Shown: positions 36,397 to 49,072 of the stretch, one piece after another
Position numbering within the stretch: position 1 is the stretch's first letter
Layout of the letters: each line of letters opens with the position of its first letter
From: Xylographa opegraphella
Lineage: Eukaryota
Assembly (NCBI GenBank): GCA_022813865.1
Contig: JALDZX010000038.1
Coordinates: 62,001-126,000 of the forward strand
DNA: 64,000 nt
Direction: 5' to 3'
Notes under the pieces: generated by a model
What the model saw: only the letters and a program-made list of their open reading frames with translations
Databases searched by the model: none
What the model was told of the DNA's origin: nothing
Program-made: the position numbers and the translations under genes

Positions 36397-36999
36397 GTTT
36401 CTTGGGCTTGGTGTGCACTTCGTAGTGCGCCCCAAGATACAAGGGAACTGGCCATGCACTTCTTTTGGTGGCCAATTTTGGAAAAGTCCGTTAACTCCTC
36501 CGTACTCCGTTCCGGACTTCCCGCCTCCGACAGGCACTGTTCCGCAATGTTACAGAGCAACTGCGTACTTCAACTTGAATTGGAAGCACCGAGCACCTTC
36601 ATGTTTGCGACATCGGGATGTCTATGGTTCGGATACAGATGATGTTCTATCCAGTGTGATGTGCAGATCAATTCAAGTAAAGCACAGTCATAAACTACGC
36701 CTGTGGATCCATATCGTGTCCGGGCAATTGGGAAACGACGAGACTATAACTCAAAGAACGCAGCTCCATCGTACCGGACAATTAGCTTGCCTTACGAATT
36801 ATTCCCTGGCGATACCTTCGTATGGCGAATGGAACACTTCGCTGAGTGTTAGAATGCCAGTACAGCTTACTTTAGAAATTTGAAGAATGTGTGGTTTTGC
36901 TACACTGTTCATGTCCGATGCTCAAGTGATTTGTGAGCCTATGGAAGCACACTATGGGAACGGCCTACCACCGAAGATGCTGCTCGAAACATTGTGAAC

Positions 37000-37964
37000 T
37001 CAGTATCGCTTGCCTTCCCTCAGCACATCGCCAAATTCTTCAAGGGGACTCCTGTTGAGCTTGGTTTCCTTCCACAGATTTGGTGTCAGGAAACCGTATG
37101 TGTTACCAACGGCAACGAATGTGGCCTTTAGCGTATTTTCGAGGGTCTTAGTAGAGCCAGATGAGGACGTGTAACTGTCTTGGACACCAGCTAGCTGTAA
37201 TAGACGTTTCACAGCAGGAGAAGCGACCAGACCGGTACCACGAGGAGCAGGAATGAGCTATAAAGAACATCAATACAGGTCATCACTAATACAGCTGCTG
37301 ATACGCGACATACCCTAACCGTGACAGAGCCGCATTTCCCGCTCTCCTTGGTAGGTAGCGAATGAGGTTCACCCAGGGCAGCACCCCAGTATCCTCGACG
37401 GATGGGCAGCACGCTGAGCTTCGCAATGATGATAGCAGCACGGATAGCGGTCGCAACTTCTTTGGATGTCTTGATTCCCAGACCAACGTGACCCTCCGAA
37501 TCTCCAATGACTACAATCGCCTTGAATCGAGTACGTTGACCAGCACGGGTTTGTTTCTGGACCGGCTTGATCTAGATTTAGAGAAGAAATCCGTTAGCAA
37601 TTAAAGTACAGTGAAGACGCAGGATAGATTCTCTGTAAAATGTATGACTAGATGTCAGACGTACCTTCATAACCTCATCCTTTAGTTTCGGCAGAAAGAA
37701 GTCGACAATCTGATACTCCTTGATTGGCAACGAGTGCAGATAGATCTCCTCCATACTTTTTATCTTTCCAGCTTTCACAAGACGCCCCAGCTTCGTCACT
37801 GGCTGCCATTCTTTCTCCTCGTTCTTGTTTGCGCCCCGACGGGGTCCTCGTCGTCCGCCTCGCCCACGGCCCCGATCTCCACCGCGGTCACCCCGCGAAC
37901 CAAAGCCACCGCCACGATCGCCACGAGCACCGCCAGCAGCTCCTCCTCTAGGTGCGTCAGCCAT
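37000..37964 (-). CDS. RPS2: 40S ribosomal protein S2 (uS5)
   Basis: Three exons. RGG-rich N-terminus, [44 protein letters not shown] and YGFLTPNLW. Confidence 0.98.
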
Positions 37965-38681
37965 GATGATTAGAGAAGCTGTTTCGCAGGACGGGTCCTT
38001 ATTGTTGATATCGAAGCGATATTGGCGGAACTTTTAGGTGGGGTTTCGTTGTGTGGAAGAAGCGCGCTAACAGCGAGCTAAGCGAAAGCTAGACCGCAGA
38101 AGCCAATTCGAGGAAATTCATTTCCATTTATTGAATTGGATAGTCGTCACGCATTGCACCTCTGGACCTACGAGCTGGTCACGGACATAGTAACAGGAGT
38201 TAAGACAAGAAGTCCTCGGCGCCGAAAGAAACACGTCGTTGCCTCTGAAGCTCGTGATTTCGGACTTAAGAGTATGCTTACGGAGTATCTGAGACAACCG
38301 GTCGAACGGCGAGCGTCGAGGAGACATATTTAGTCTCCTCATCCCCTGAGATCGATATCGTATGAGGGGTTTTGTGTAGCAGATTCACAGGTGTGACAAG
38401 ATGGACGGCATTGAGCTCGCGGAGTTAGGCTTCTTAACGCCGCCAGGGAAGACAGTTGACGACATCGGTTTCTACATTCGACCAAGGGACGACGCCTCAC
38501 GCAACCTTGGTTTAGGCGCCAGTGTCCTAAGTACTTTACAGTCCCGTGCTATTCAAGATAGCGCTCCGGAAATATCGCTGAGCTAAGACTACTAGATTAC
38601 AACAAGCTGTTTATAGTACGACCTGTTTCCACCCTCTACATTTCACAAATTTCGTATTCAAAGCTCAAGAGATCCTGAAGT

Positions 38682-39759
38682 ATGGCCGTCTTTCTAAACT
38701 TTTTCTATAGTCAGCTCTTTGTCACCCCGCCCTACCCCAAGTCTGACTTCTCTGGACAGACGGTTATCGTCACTGGATCCAATGTGGGTTTGGGTTTCGA
38801 AGCTGCACGACATATCACTCGTTTGAATGCCGAGAAAGTTATCCTGGCTGTTAGAACTCTCGAAAAGGGTGAAAAAGCAAAGAAATCTATCGAGGAAAGC
38901 ACCGGAAGACAGGGTGTAGTGGAGGTCTGGTCCCTCGATCTCTCCAGTTATGAATCGGTCAAACAATTTGTAAAGAAGGCAGAATCTCTGAAGAGACTGG
39001 ATGTTGTGCTGGAAAACGCTGGCGTCATCCCTTTGGGCTTCAGCTTGGCTGAAGACAACGAAGCAACGATTACTGTGAATGTTGTATCCACGTTCTTGCT
39101 GGCGCTTATGATTCTGCCAAAACTACGGGAGACGGCAACCAAATACAACGTTATTCCACGATTGACAATCGTCAGTTCGGAGGTGCACGGCTTCACCACA
39201 CTTCCAGAGAAAAGTAGTCCAGATATCTTCGCGAAATTGAATGACAAGGAAACCGCGAACCTGCGCCACAGGTACTGTAGCCGGCATTCCGTCCAAGAGT
39301 CTCAGCTAACGATAATTCGTTGATGCAGATACAATGTGTCCAAACTCCTCGAGGTGTTTTATTGCCGAGCTTTGGCTGCCAAGATGACTGAGAATGGAAA
39401 ACCTACCGTCACTCTGAACTTCCTCAATCCCGGGCTTTGCCATTCGGAGCTCGCAAAGGACCCTCCATTATTCTTGACAATCTTGAAGGCGCTCCTCGCA
39501 AGGACAACGGAGGTTGGATCGCGAACCTTGGTAGCCTCTGCTGCGGCTGGGCATGAAACTCATGGACAATATATGGGAGATTCAACAGTCAAAATGTAAG
39601 TTACGCTAGAACGACGACGTGGCTCGCAGTGCTAATACTCGTGATAGGCCGTCAGCATTCGTACGTAGCGAAGAAGGAGCCAAGACTCAGGAGCGGGTTT
39701 GGGTCGAGCTGAATGACAAGCTGGAGAAGATACAGCCAGGTATTTTGTCAAACGTATAG
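38682..39759 (+). CDS. Short-chain dehydrogenase/reductase (retinol dehydrogenase/WWOX-like)
   Basis: Three exons. TGSNVGLG, LENAG, IVSSEVH, YNVSK, NPGLCHSEL and ARTTEVGSRTLV. Confidence 0.92.
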
Positions 39760-40028
39760 GCTTAGTGTTACGGCATAAGACGAATCAATTATATGCCACT
39801 TTTTGAGCAGCAACATCGCACAGAACTCCACTCCAAGGATATTACGTGTTTTGACTGCAAATCTCTCCCGTTGAAACCAATTATGTCTCGTAATACACCT
39901 TCAAATAGCCTAGTCCGGGTATCAATGAACATAACCTCGTCCACAAAACGCCATGTAAAAACACAACCCTGCCAGCCCTCCGTCGCTATGCTCAATTTGT
40001 GACTCAGATATCCAACTCATGCCAAGTT

Positions 40029-42014
40029 TCATCTCTTACCAAAGAACAGTCGTTTCTCCCTTTCATGATTATCGGACGAAGGCGGCTTTCGTTTCTTGTT
40101 TCCAATATTACGTGATGCCATGGGCTGAAGGCGTGACGGAAAGGACGGATCGATAGATCCAACAGGAGTATCTTTGACGGCATCCTTGATCGTTTGACGT
40201 GATAAGCAATGATCAATATGCTCGTTGAATTCCTTGTCGTTGGCTTTCTGTGGCTTTCGACAGATTGGGCAATCCCAGAATGCCTCCTGCTTTTCGAGCA
40301 CTTCTCGAATCACACTGGAACTACAGCTGAGTTCTTGAGGGTGTCGGTACTGTTCACCTGCGACTTCCTCCTGGCTTAGGCGCTCCAGCTCGTTCATCTC
40401 GTCCGCTCGCTCCTGTCGAGCAGCTTCTTCAAATTCTGCCTCTGGCCAGACCTCCCACATACCATCATCTTCGGAAGAGAAAGCCTTGAGTGGTAGGGTG
40501 CCATCACAGTTAGTGCTGGCTCGATGGTGGCCAATTCCGAAGAAGTCTATACCGACTTTTTTGGTGCTGACGAGGTTGGTGCACCGTAGCCCCATAAGCC
40601 GCAACTTCATACCAGGAATCTCCCTTTCCAACTTGGCCATCATTGGAAGCGCATAGACGTAAAGATCGTCTGCTACATGGACTGCTTTCGGCGGGACTAC
40701 CTGTCTGGTGAGCACTTCGTATGTGTGGAGCTTGACCTTGAGCACGAGCGTTCTTCCTTTGAATTGCGTTCGTGTAAGGTCTTTCTCAAGCTCTTCCGCA
40801 ATCCACCTTAGTTTTTCTCGAAGCTCTGCTTTACCGCTCATCTCTCTGAAGGTACTCTCCGTCCCAACACTTTTCCTTTCATACTCTTCAGCTGGTTGCA
40901 CTACTGTGCGTCCGAGCCCTAAGTAGCATTGTATCAAGAAATGGAACGCCTTTTCGCCAAAGAGCTTTGACAAGTATGCTCGCAGCGGGTAAATATCCCC
41001 GCAGGTTTTTATACCTATGGCATCCAATTCACGCTCAAAGACTCGACCGACGCCATTGACCTTCCGGGTCGGCAAACCATGCATAAAAGATAATATTACT
41101 GTGCGCTCACTAGCAACCCTAAACTGTCCATTCGGCTTGTTCCTATTCGAAGCGATTTTAGCGATTTTAGCATTTGCAGCGATGCCAGCAGAGATGGTTA
41201 TTTTCGTCTTCTGATGGACTTCGTCTCGAAGCTGTGTCACAACGACTTCAGGGTCCATCTCATGGTCCTGACAATACTGGGTTATGTTGAGATAGGCCTC
41301 GTCGATACTTGCGCTCTCAAAACGTGGATCATAATCCGCAAGGATCTCCCTGACCTCACCAGCCTTTGCTGTGTACTTGTCAAAGTTAAGTGGGAGACAT
41401 ATCAGATTGGGACAAAGCTTCATGGCGACGAAACCTGCCATTCCACTTCGGCATCCAAACTTTCTCGCGTGATAATTACATGTTGTAAGGACACCTTTAC
41501 CAACAGCCATTGGCACATCTTTCAGTTCAGGCCTGTCCAGCTCTTCTACTGCAGCATAGAATGCATCACAGTCAATGTGAACGATTATTTGAGATAGGTC
41601 TCTCGATAACTCTTGCTCCGCGATGTATTCATCGGCTCGTCGGAGATCAGACGCAAGGTCAATCCGCTCAAGCTGTCGTTTTCGAGACAATATGCGTTCG
41701 ATCTTCTGGGTAAGGTTTTTGTCTTTATGTTCTTCGTTGTTGAAGTATTTGGAACCCTTTGAGGCATTGTAGATGATGTCGGAAACCTTTTGAAATTATC
41801 AGTATGGAAGTCGAACCAATATCTGGGGCTGGGGGATTTGTATGCCCACTTTCTGCTGATCGACACTATCTTGACCTGCTTTGGTCAAGGAGGGTCCTAG
41901 AAGATGGTAGCGGAGACTATCATGGCCATCATTAGTAACCTGAACGTGGCCCTCATTTTCCTTAGCATCTGTGGTATCTGCGGCTGTTGCGGCAGAAGCT
42001 TCATTTACTATCAT
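40029..42014 (-). CDS. POLK: Y-family translesion DNA polymerase kappa (DinB-like)
   Basis: Two exons. GPSLTKAGQDSVDQQKVSDIIY, HIDCDAFYAAVE, SIDEAYL, NKPNGQF, RKSVGTE, LRLMGLR and a C-terminal UBZ finger CPIC...HIDHC. Confidence 0.95.
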
Positions 42015-42782
42015 TGCCTGCTCACACCAGTCAGGCCGCCACCCAGGGCATTTGCCGTATTACACTACAGCTTGGACTTGAGAGTAGTCCGGCCGGCTTT
42101 CTTTTCGTGGGCGGAAATCTCGATTACTGAGAAGACGCGCTCTATGGACGCGATGCTGACGTGCGGAGACCGATTTTAGCCTCTGTTTTGGGCGCACAGG
42201 ACGCTGGTATGCTAATACAAGGCGGCGCTTTTGGTACTATTTCAGATCGAAGATTAAATTTCCCTAGTACGGTAATCTTTGTTACCCGCCTACGTACCTA
42301 CCATGTACCTTAGGAGAGGTTCCGGCAATACTTACTACTAGACCTTGTGGGATGCCTGAGGTAAGGTACCTTATATTACTGCTGCTTTCTAGGCCCCGCT
42401 GCGCTAGTCAATACAGGTACGGAGTACAGGGTGGAGACCAAGTTTTCAACCTCAATCATCACCCAAAGATAGTATAAAAAGAGGTGGGACACTTGAGCTG
42501 GAAATCCGTGACTCTGAACAATAATCAACAGAGTAAAACAATCTCACCAAAGGAGAATTGCCAGTTTATAGCTCATATCAACTATAGTAGATAACTTACA
42601 GATTTCAAATCGACCTAAGTATTCTCTGGTAATGTCCACAGATAGGATCGATATGTTATGCGCCTACCTTACCGTGAGACAACTGCCAATGCAGATTCCA
42701 CAGCTCCCTCAAGTCCTTATCAACCCAGCCAACAGTCCCTCACAAAGCCTACCCGCGCTCACTCAACCCCCTTCCCGACAAA

Positions 42783-44021
42783 TCAGCGTGCAAGCCATGA
42801 TCCACCCCAAAGCCAACCAATCCCTGATTGTAATCTCCGCTTCTTGCTTCTCTGCACAAGCTGCGCCCACTCCGCATCTAGCGCCGCCCCGCCATCTACG
42901 TGCCCGCCATTCAACGCCGCAAACGCCTCCGCGATCCCGCCCGTTCCAAAGTCCGCAAGCGGCACCGCTTCCCCATCACGGTACGTGTTACTGCGGTGCC
43001 ATAAGTGGCTACGCCACCGGGCCTCATACGGGGAGCGGCCGGTGCCTAGGTCTAACCAGCGAGTGACGATAACGGCGGTGCCATGGGGCGGGACATGTTT
43101 AATGCGCACCCGCGCCTCAGTGGGGCACAGGGAGCAGCGGCACAGCCTGCTGGAAGACGGGGTGCAGCGATGCTCGGCCAGGTCAGCGAGGGTGGCTTGC
43201 AGCGCGTGGGAGAGGGCGCCGGACATGCAGTGGCTCTCGTGCTTGAGGTGCGGGCAGGCGTGGATTGCGAAATTGCCGAACGGATCGGACCGGGGTAGCG
43301 TGGGCTCGAGCAGCCAGTGGGAGGCGCGCAGGAGGAGCGAGTTGCTTGAGATACGGAAGTCGAGGAAGACGTCGTAGGCGCCGTGGTGGGCGGTGAGGAT
43401 TTCGTGGGATATGACCGCAGCGTGGAGGGCGGAGGCGGGGCTACCGAGGAGGGCTTGGCGGATGTCGTGGAAGTGGATGTCGAGGCCTGAGAAGAGCAGT
43501 CGCTCAGCTGCGAGGTCGATGGCTTGGCAGGCACGGGCGGACCCCTCTTCCAAAGGTTGGTGGCGGAGGAGTCGACGGCATCGTGCGGATGTGCTTCTTG
43601 GGGCGTCAAGCAGATGGAATTTCAGGCATTCTTGGCAGGCGTAGTATGAGGGACAGTCCCGTTCGAGGAGGGAGAGGAAGCAGCGTCGATCTTGCTCGTG
43701 GAGGAAAAACCGCGGCTCGTTCTCAACCTGCAAGCTTCGTATGGCGTGGATGTATTGCGCGCCGAGGGTACGGTAGAGGTGGTGGCCTGTGATGCTGAGG
43801 GCTACAGCAGAGCTGAGGGGGAGGAACTGGACGATGAGGTGGAGTATCTCGACAGGTAATCGGTAGAGGAGCGGAGTGGCAGACTGGAGGTGGGGGGAAT
43901 CTGGCGGAGTGGTAAACGGGAATCGGGTTGAAGTGGACGGGAACTTCGTTTTTTCGACAGCATTTGCCCTCGCCCTATTGCCGCCGATATTGATCGACCT
44001 CCACGAGGAGAATCGTTCCAT
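42783..44021 (-). CDS. F-box domain protein (fungal-specific type)
   Basis: LYRLPVEILHLIVQFLPLSSAVALSITGHHLY F-box, Cys/His motifs (CQECLKFH, CPHL, CSLCPTE) and VTRWLDLG. Intronless and GC-rich. Confidence 0.8.
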   Translation of the reverse strand: MERFSSWRSINIGGNRARANAVEKTKFPSTSTRFPFTTPPDSPHLQSATPLLYRLPVEILHLIVQFLPLSSAVALSITGHHLYRTLGAQYIHAIRSLQVENEPRFFLHEQDRRCFLSLLERDCPSYYACQECLKFHLLDAPRSTSARCRRLLRHQPLEEGSARACQAIDLAAERLLFSGLDIHFHDIRQALLGSPASALHAAVISHEILTAHHGAYDVFLDFRISSNSLLLRASHWLLEPTLPRSDPFGNFAIHACPHLKHESHCMSGALSHALQATLADLAEHRCTPSSSRLCRCSLCPTEARVRIKHVPPHGTAVIVTRWLDLGTGRSPYEARWRSHLWHRSNTYRDGEAVPLADFGTGGIAEAFAALNGGHVDGGAALDAEWAQLVQRSKKRRLQSGIGWLWGGSWLAR

Positions 44022-44906
44022 CCAGATAATTGGTGTGACACCTCAGCAGCTCACAGACTTTCGTATTTCCATCGAGTTTTTCGAGGTACACAGCTTGACA
44101 AATCATTGCTTGCATAGAAGTCGAGATTTCCAAATTGGCGCTTCGGGAATGCTTTGCCAGCTTAGCATGTAGGCAGAACCGGGAAAGAAACGACATCTCA
44201 GCCTTCCAAGACCCAGCAAACCCTATGCCGCGCGATTAAGCGCTTCTGTGGCGTCTCCTCCGCCTGTGCGGCTGAGCAATAGTGGCCTTGATGTAATTTG
44301 GAGTTTCCAATTGGACGACTGAGCCGCATTCGCTGACTAGCATTCTGTACAGAGTACCTCGATATGTAAAAAGGGATTGGTAACGCGCGAAAACAAAGAT
44401 ATCGTACACTAACGTGTTATAAAAGGATGCGCCCTAGCAGAGACAGAAAATAACGAGCTACAGACTAACCAGATTGAGCAGCGCTATGCTTATCAAGGAA
44501 ATCATGGCCACGTACGGAGTGTACCGCGTTTCTGCGCGACAGGGCTCGACGATGACAGGTAATCTATCCCTGCAGGAAAGGCAATCACATTTGTGAGAAT
44601 GCGACTTTATAAAGTATGAGACCCAGCAAAGAATCATCCGTTGAAGTCCGCAAGCATCGACAATCTTGTGTTTGTAAATGCAAAGGTAACCCGAGCTTGC
44701 TGGGAGGTGCTCCGATTTTCACTGAGCTTCCTCCATGTGATGACGCTTAAACTTTTCGAGCTTTAGGGCTAGTTCCTCCCGATCAACATCAACAACATCG
44801 AACTCAACGCCTCACCCATATCAGTAACGTGTCGCACGTCCATGTGGTTCTCCCCGGGTGTCGGTATCGATTATGTGATAGGCTGTAGCGAAGGCAAGCA
44901 CCTATC

Positions 44907-46943
44907 ATGGTAGCATTCGCAAATCGGGATGCGACATCAGATGGAAATCGGAAAGCTGTCAATGGACGGCCAACAGCTGTTCTTGCTGTGCCTGCATGGG
45001 AGACAAGGACTTCGATGAACTCTAGCCGTCTAGTTGGACCTCCAGCTAAGGTGGTTTCGCCTCTTCTGGCTCGCGCTGGCCAAGTGGAAGCTGCCCGGAC
45101 ATCGCAAGGAAGACCGAATGATGAGATTGCTACTCCGATCAAAGCCTTCTTGAGCTCAAATATTACACCAAGGTCGTCATCACGGAAGGCCAGAGTCGAT
45201 AGCACTTCATCCACTCCGAATTCGACTCCTAATGGTACACCAAGCAACTCGAGGCCCACATCTATGATCAGTGGTGGTGAAAAGCGAGCGGATACTAGAC
45301 AACTCGCAGCTGGAAATGGGCTTCGAGGGCCTATTTCTGGAGACTCGGTCGCAGCTCTGCATAGACCATACAATGTATCTGGGACGCATACCTTGTCACC
45401 GAATGGAGGCTTACCGCAGACAACGTTACAGTTTCACAAGCCTGCGAGTCCAGAGAACCTCCCAATGTTCTTCCATGCAAGCGACGCAAAGGCGAGCCTC
45501 TCCAGCTCACGTGGTACGAACGTCACAAAAATGCCGAGAAAACCGCAAAGTTCTACCTCTGAAAATGGCGACGATCTTGCCGCAGACCAATCCTATCCTA
45601 ACAGCCCATCTCCTCTCGAAGAAACACAACCAAAATTTGTCTATGCGAACGGCACGCCGGAGATTGGACAGGTTGTCCTCAAGCCTGCTTCTAGAGCCAC
45701 ATCAACTGTGTCTCGTACGTCGTCCAATTTCAACCGACCTCAACAAGGTCAAACGCAACAAAAGCGCGCGACGTCGCCATTAAAAGATGTGAGTGTATCG
45801 AGGAGGATTTCTACAAGCAAAGCGAGTCCCAGAGCCTATATTTCGCTGGCGCACAACGGGACACAAAAGCAAGAACCACTGAGTCCAAAAGGATCTTCTC
45901 CACCTCAACTGAGTATTGGCAGAAGATCCAGTCTCAAAGCAGCGGCATTACCTCCATCACGACATTCCAAAGCGAGCAGTGTCAGCTCTTTGAACTCGAT
46001 AACGAATCGAAGAAGTAGTATGGCGTTTTCTGAGATACAATTATCAACGACCTCGTCACATCCAAGTCAAGGCCTCGAAACAACCAGATCCCCACCCGAG
46101 CATGCTCAGAAGCGTCAAATTGCCGTCGAGATACCATCAGCCACCATCATCGATTCCGCCTCGCTTACACAAAGCCCGGAACTCTGTCCAACAGGCGTGA
46201 AAAGTCCAGTCCGCCTCCAGGGTACTGAAAACAAAATAGAACAACTTAACGTCTTAGCAGCCAATGCGCGACGAGAACGCAAAGTCCTGGACCTTGAAAT
46301 AAGCAACTCGTCACTTCTAGCCATCAATCGCACTCTCGAGCGTGAGATGCGCAAGCAGACAGCCGAGTTGCGACGATACCGACGTCTTACTTCAGCAGGA
46401 CGGCTATCTATCGCGCCCTCAAGTCGTTCCACATCGAGCCGAATATCCAGCCTGAGGGATATGGAGCTCGGCAGCGACTCGGAAGAGGATACAATGGACG
46501 AGAACACCGAGCCCATTTTCTCGTCTGACGAGGATGAGTCGTCCGTCCCGACCACGCCACTGTCTCCAACTTCACAAGCCGTCCGGGCGGCTCAGCAGCG
46601 GCGGAGAGACGAGAAGCGGCTGCATTTGGACCTCAGCAGACACCAACAGCTCCTGATGGACAGCCAGCGCATGAACCAGAGTCTCAAGCGGTGTCTCAGC
46701 CGCACAGAGGATCTGATCAGCGAGGGCAAGAAAGCGTTGGCCTACCGCGCCATCGTCAGCGATCTGAGCGCCGGCGGGCGGGTGCTCACGCCGGACGAGA
46801 TGGACATCGAGCTGCCGGGCGGCTCCGGGCTGCTGAGTCCGGGCCTCGAGAGGTCCGACTACCCGTGGGAATCGATTGGCGCCGAGGGCGGAGGTGTAGG
46901 CAACGAGAACAGGCCGCCGCTTGACGGGACTGCAGGCGCTTGA
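44907..46943 (+). CDS. Conserved fungal hypothetical Ser/Pro-rich protein with C-terminal coiled coils
   Basis: 678-aa ORF. Conserved-looking blocks NARRERKVLDLEISNSSLLAINRTLEREMRKQ and DEKRLHLDLSRHQQLLMDSQRMNQSLKRC. Confidence 0.8.
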   Translation: MVAFANRDATSDGNRKAVNGRPTAVLAVPAWETRTSMNSSRLVGPPAKVVSPLLARAGQVEAARTSQGRPNDEIATPIKAFLSSNITPRSSSRKARVDSTSSTPNSTPNGTPSNSRPTSMISGGEKRADTRQLAAGNGLRGPISGDSVAALHRPYNVSGTHTLSPNGGLPQTTLQFHKPASPENLPMFFHASDAKASLSSSRGTNVTKMPRKPQSSTSENGDDLAADQSYPNSPSPLEETQPKFVYANGTPEIGQVVLKPASRATSTVSRTSSNFNRPQQGQTQQKRATSPLKDVSVSRRISTSKASPRAYISLAHNGTQKQEPLSPKGSSPPQLSIGRRSSLKAAALPPSRHSKASSVSSLNSITNRRSSMAFSEIQLSTTSSHPSQGLETTRSPPEHAQKRQIAVEIPSATIIDSASLTQSPELCPTGVKSPVRLQGTENKIEQLNVLAANARRERKVLDLEISNSSLLAINRTLEREMRKQTAELRRYRRLTSAGRLSIAPSSRSTSSRISSLRDMELGSDSEEDTMDENTEPIFSSDEDESSVPTTPLSPTSQAVRAAQQRRRDEKRLHLDLSRHQQLLMDSQRMNQSLKRCLSRTEDLISEGKKALAYRAIVSDLSAGGRVLTPDEMDIELPGGSGLLSPGLERSDYPWESIGAEGGGVGNENRPPLDGTAGA

Positions 46944-47945
46944 GTGTTTCGCCAGCAGGCGTTGTTTTGGGCATCCGCGTGGTTCGATGTGGCAAACAGT
47001 ATGTGATTGGGGATATTATCTTTTTTCTTGAATGCGGAGTCTTTCGGTGGGAGGATCGCCGCGGCGTTTATTCGCGTGATACCCTCTTTGTCATATGCGG
47101 AGGCAGTGTAAAACCGTTTACGAACCGGGGGCGTCCTTTTTATGTCTCCTCCGCCTTTCCTGAATCTTTCTTACGGCGCCGTTCATCTCCGTAACTTATG
47201 GCGCGCTGGTCGCCACTAGCTAGTAGTATTCCTTATGTACGAGGTACCTTAGGTACCTTCCCTAGCAAATCGTCCAAACGCGCGACGGCCTTCAATAATG
47301 CTCCTGTGGTGAAAGCTCCATGTATGAGCACGCCCGGAGCAAATCGTCCAAAAACAACTACGGCCCCTAAATGCTCGCGTCGTAGAATCACTCCGTATGA
47401 GAACGCATGGCAGCTGTAGTCCTACCCGTCAGCCTGGCACTGCGCCTCCTAACCGCGTAGGGCCATCGCGAGGGCGGTGGATTGGCACGACTGGGAGTAG
47501 CGCCCCAGGAGGGTGATGGTGGTGATGGTGGTCGTTATGGGCGGTAAGGTAAGGTAGATAAGGGAGGCAATGGGTAGATTTGGTGCTTGGTGGCTAGAAG
47601 CCTCTACTAGGATCCTTACCGAGTAAAGGAGTGTTGGCAACGCCGCTTGGAGATACATACGCGCACAAACACACATTTAGGTGTCACACATCACGCAGAA
47701 CAGTCTCGAGTATAATGAATTAAATAAAAGTCCTACAAGTGACAATTGGCTGCTCAACAAACTCAACCCCCCACCCATCCCCTTTCCCAGCATCCTAAAA
47801 AAGAACCAGAGCGAAAACGCTTTCCGTCGGAGTCTCGAAAACGCACACGAACGCGCGGGGGAATATAGAGCAGATGATGGAAAAAGCGGGGGCCGCGAGC
47901 AGATAGTTCTGCTTTGGGACAGGGCCAAGGGGGGCGCGTTGCGCT

Positions 47946-49072
47946 CTAGACATTGGTGCGCTCGGCCTTTTGCTCCTTTCGCCGGTTGCTGCCCGTGACG
48001 GACCAGGGGAAGTGGGCGACGGGGACGATGAAGAAGCTGGGATGGTGAGTTAGCGGGGGGGTGGGTAACGGAGGGGGGAGGGGAGAGCCAGCTAAAGGAC
48101 GGGGGGGAAAGGGAATATATATATACCTGTTGGAAGTGTCCAGGATACCGGCCAAGGCGTTGTACCAAGCGAGGAAGGCGGCGAGGAGGCCGAAGAAGCC
48201 GCCGGCCTTGATGATGGGCGGGTTGGGCGAGTTAGTGGCGTCACGCTGGAGGTAGCCGATGCCGAGCAGGAGGAAGGCCATGTCGAGGGTAAAGAAGAGG
48301 CAGAAGAAGGCGACGGTGGAGCGGAGGGTGGCGATCAGTAGGATGGTGGTGAAGATGAACCAGCCCTGTTTGGAGGGTCAGAGGAGGGTATTTGGAATGG
48401 AGGGAGAGGGAGGAGAGCTCACCATCAGGAAGAAGCCGAAGCTGTCGTAGAAGGCGCCTGCCCCTTGGGCTGCCTCGATGGAGGAGGCGATTTCGAAGCC
48501 GCCGGGGGTGAGGATGATGCCGAAGGCGATCCAGAAACCGCCGTACGACGAGAGTGCCGTGGCACCGAACGTGTTACCAACAGCCATCTCCCTGGGTAAG
48601 AAAGTCAGTGCCGATTCGATCCCCATCCTCGAGCCCCGGCCGAAGCAGCGAAAGGTACGTACCACATGCCCGCCAGAAGCTGCACGAGACCGCCGTAGCC
48701 AAAGGCAATGGCAACCACGACATTGGGTTCGGCGACGCTCCGGGTGTCCATATTGATCAAACTCAGGACGAAGGTCGTCAAGGCGAAGGCGCTCAATCCC
48801 AGCGGCGCCGGGTTGGCGAACTTGCGGTTCTCGACGCCTTTGTAGGTACCGGGCTGGAACTCACCCCCGAAGGCGGGCAGGAGGCCCGACTCCGCGGTGT
48901 TGATCTGGGCCAGAGGCCCGTAGCCGAAGCGAGCGGCTTTCTTGGCCGTCTCGTGTTGTTCGGCGGTCATATGGCGGGTGATGGCTTCCTGAGCGCGAAC
49001 GGCCTCGCCCGAGTCGGCGGAGGAGGTGTACTCTTTGTTCTGATAGCCATCGTGGCCCGTGGTGGTCGCCAT
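47946..49072 (-). CDS. ADY2: Gpr1/Fun34/YaaH (Ato/Ady2/AcpA) acetate transporter
   Basis: Four exons. AFGGEFQPG, signature [46 protein letters not shown] and AWYNALAG. Confidence 0.93.

Noticed and set aside
38136..38586. Short ORFs in the RPS2/SDR divergent spacer
   Set aside because: No consistent spliced frame could be assembled and no motif was recognisable.
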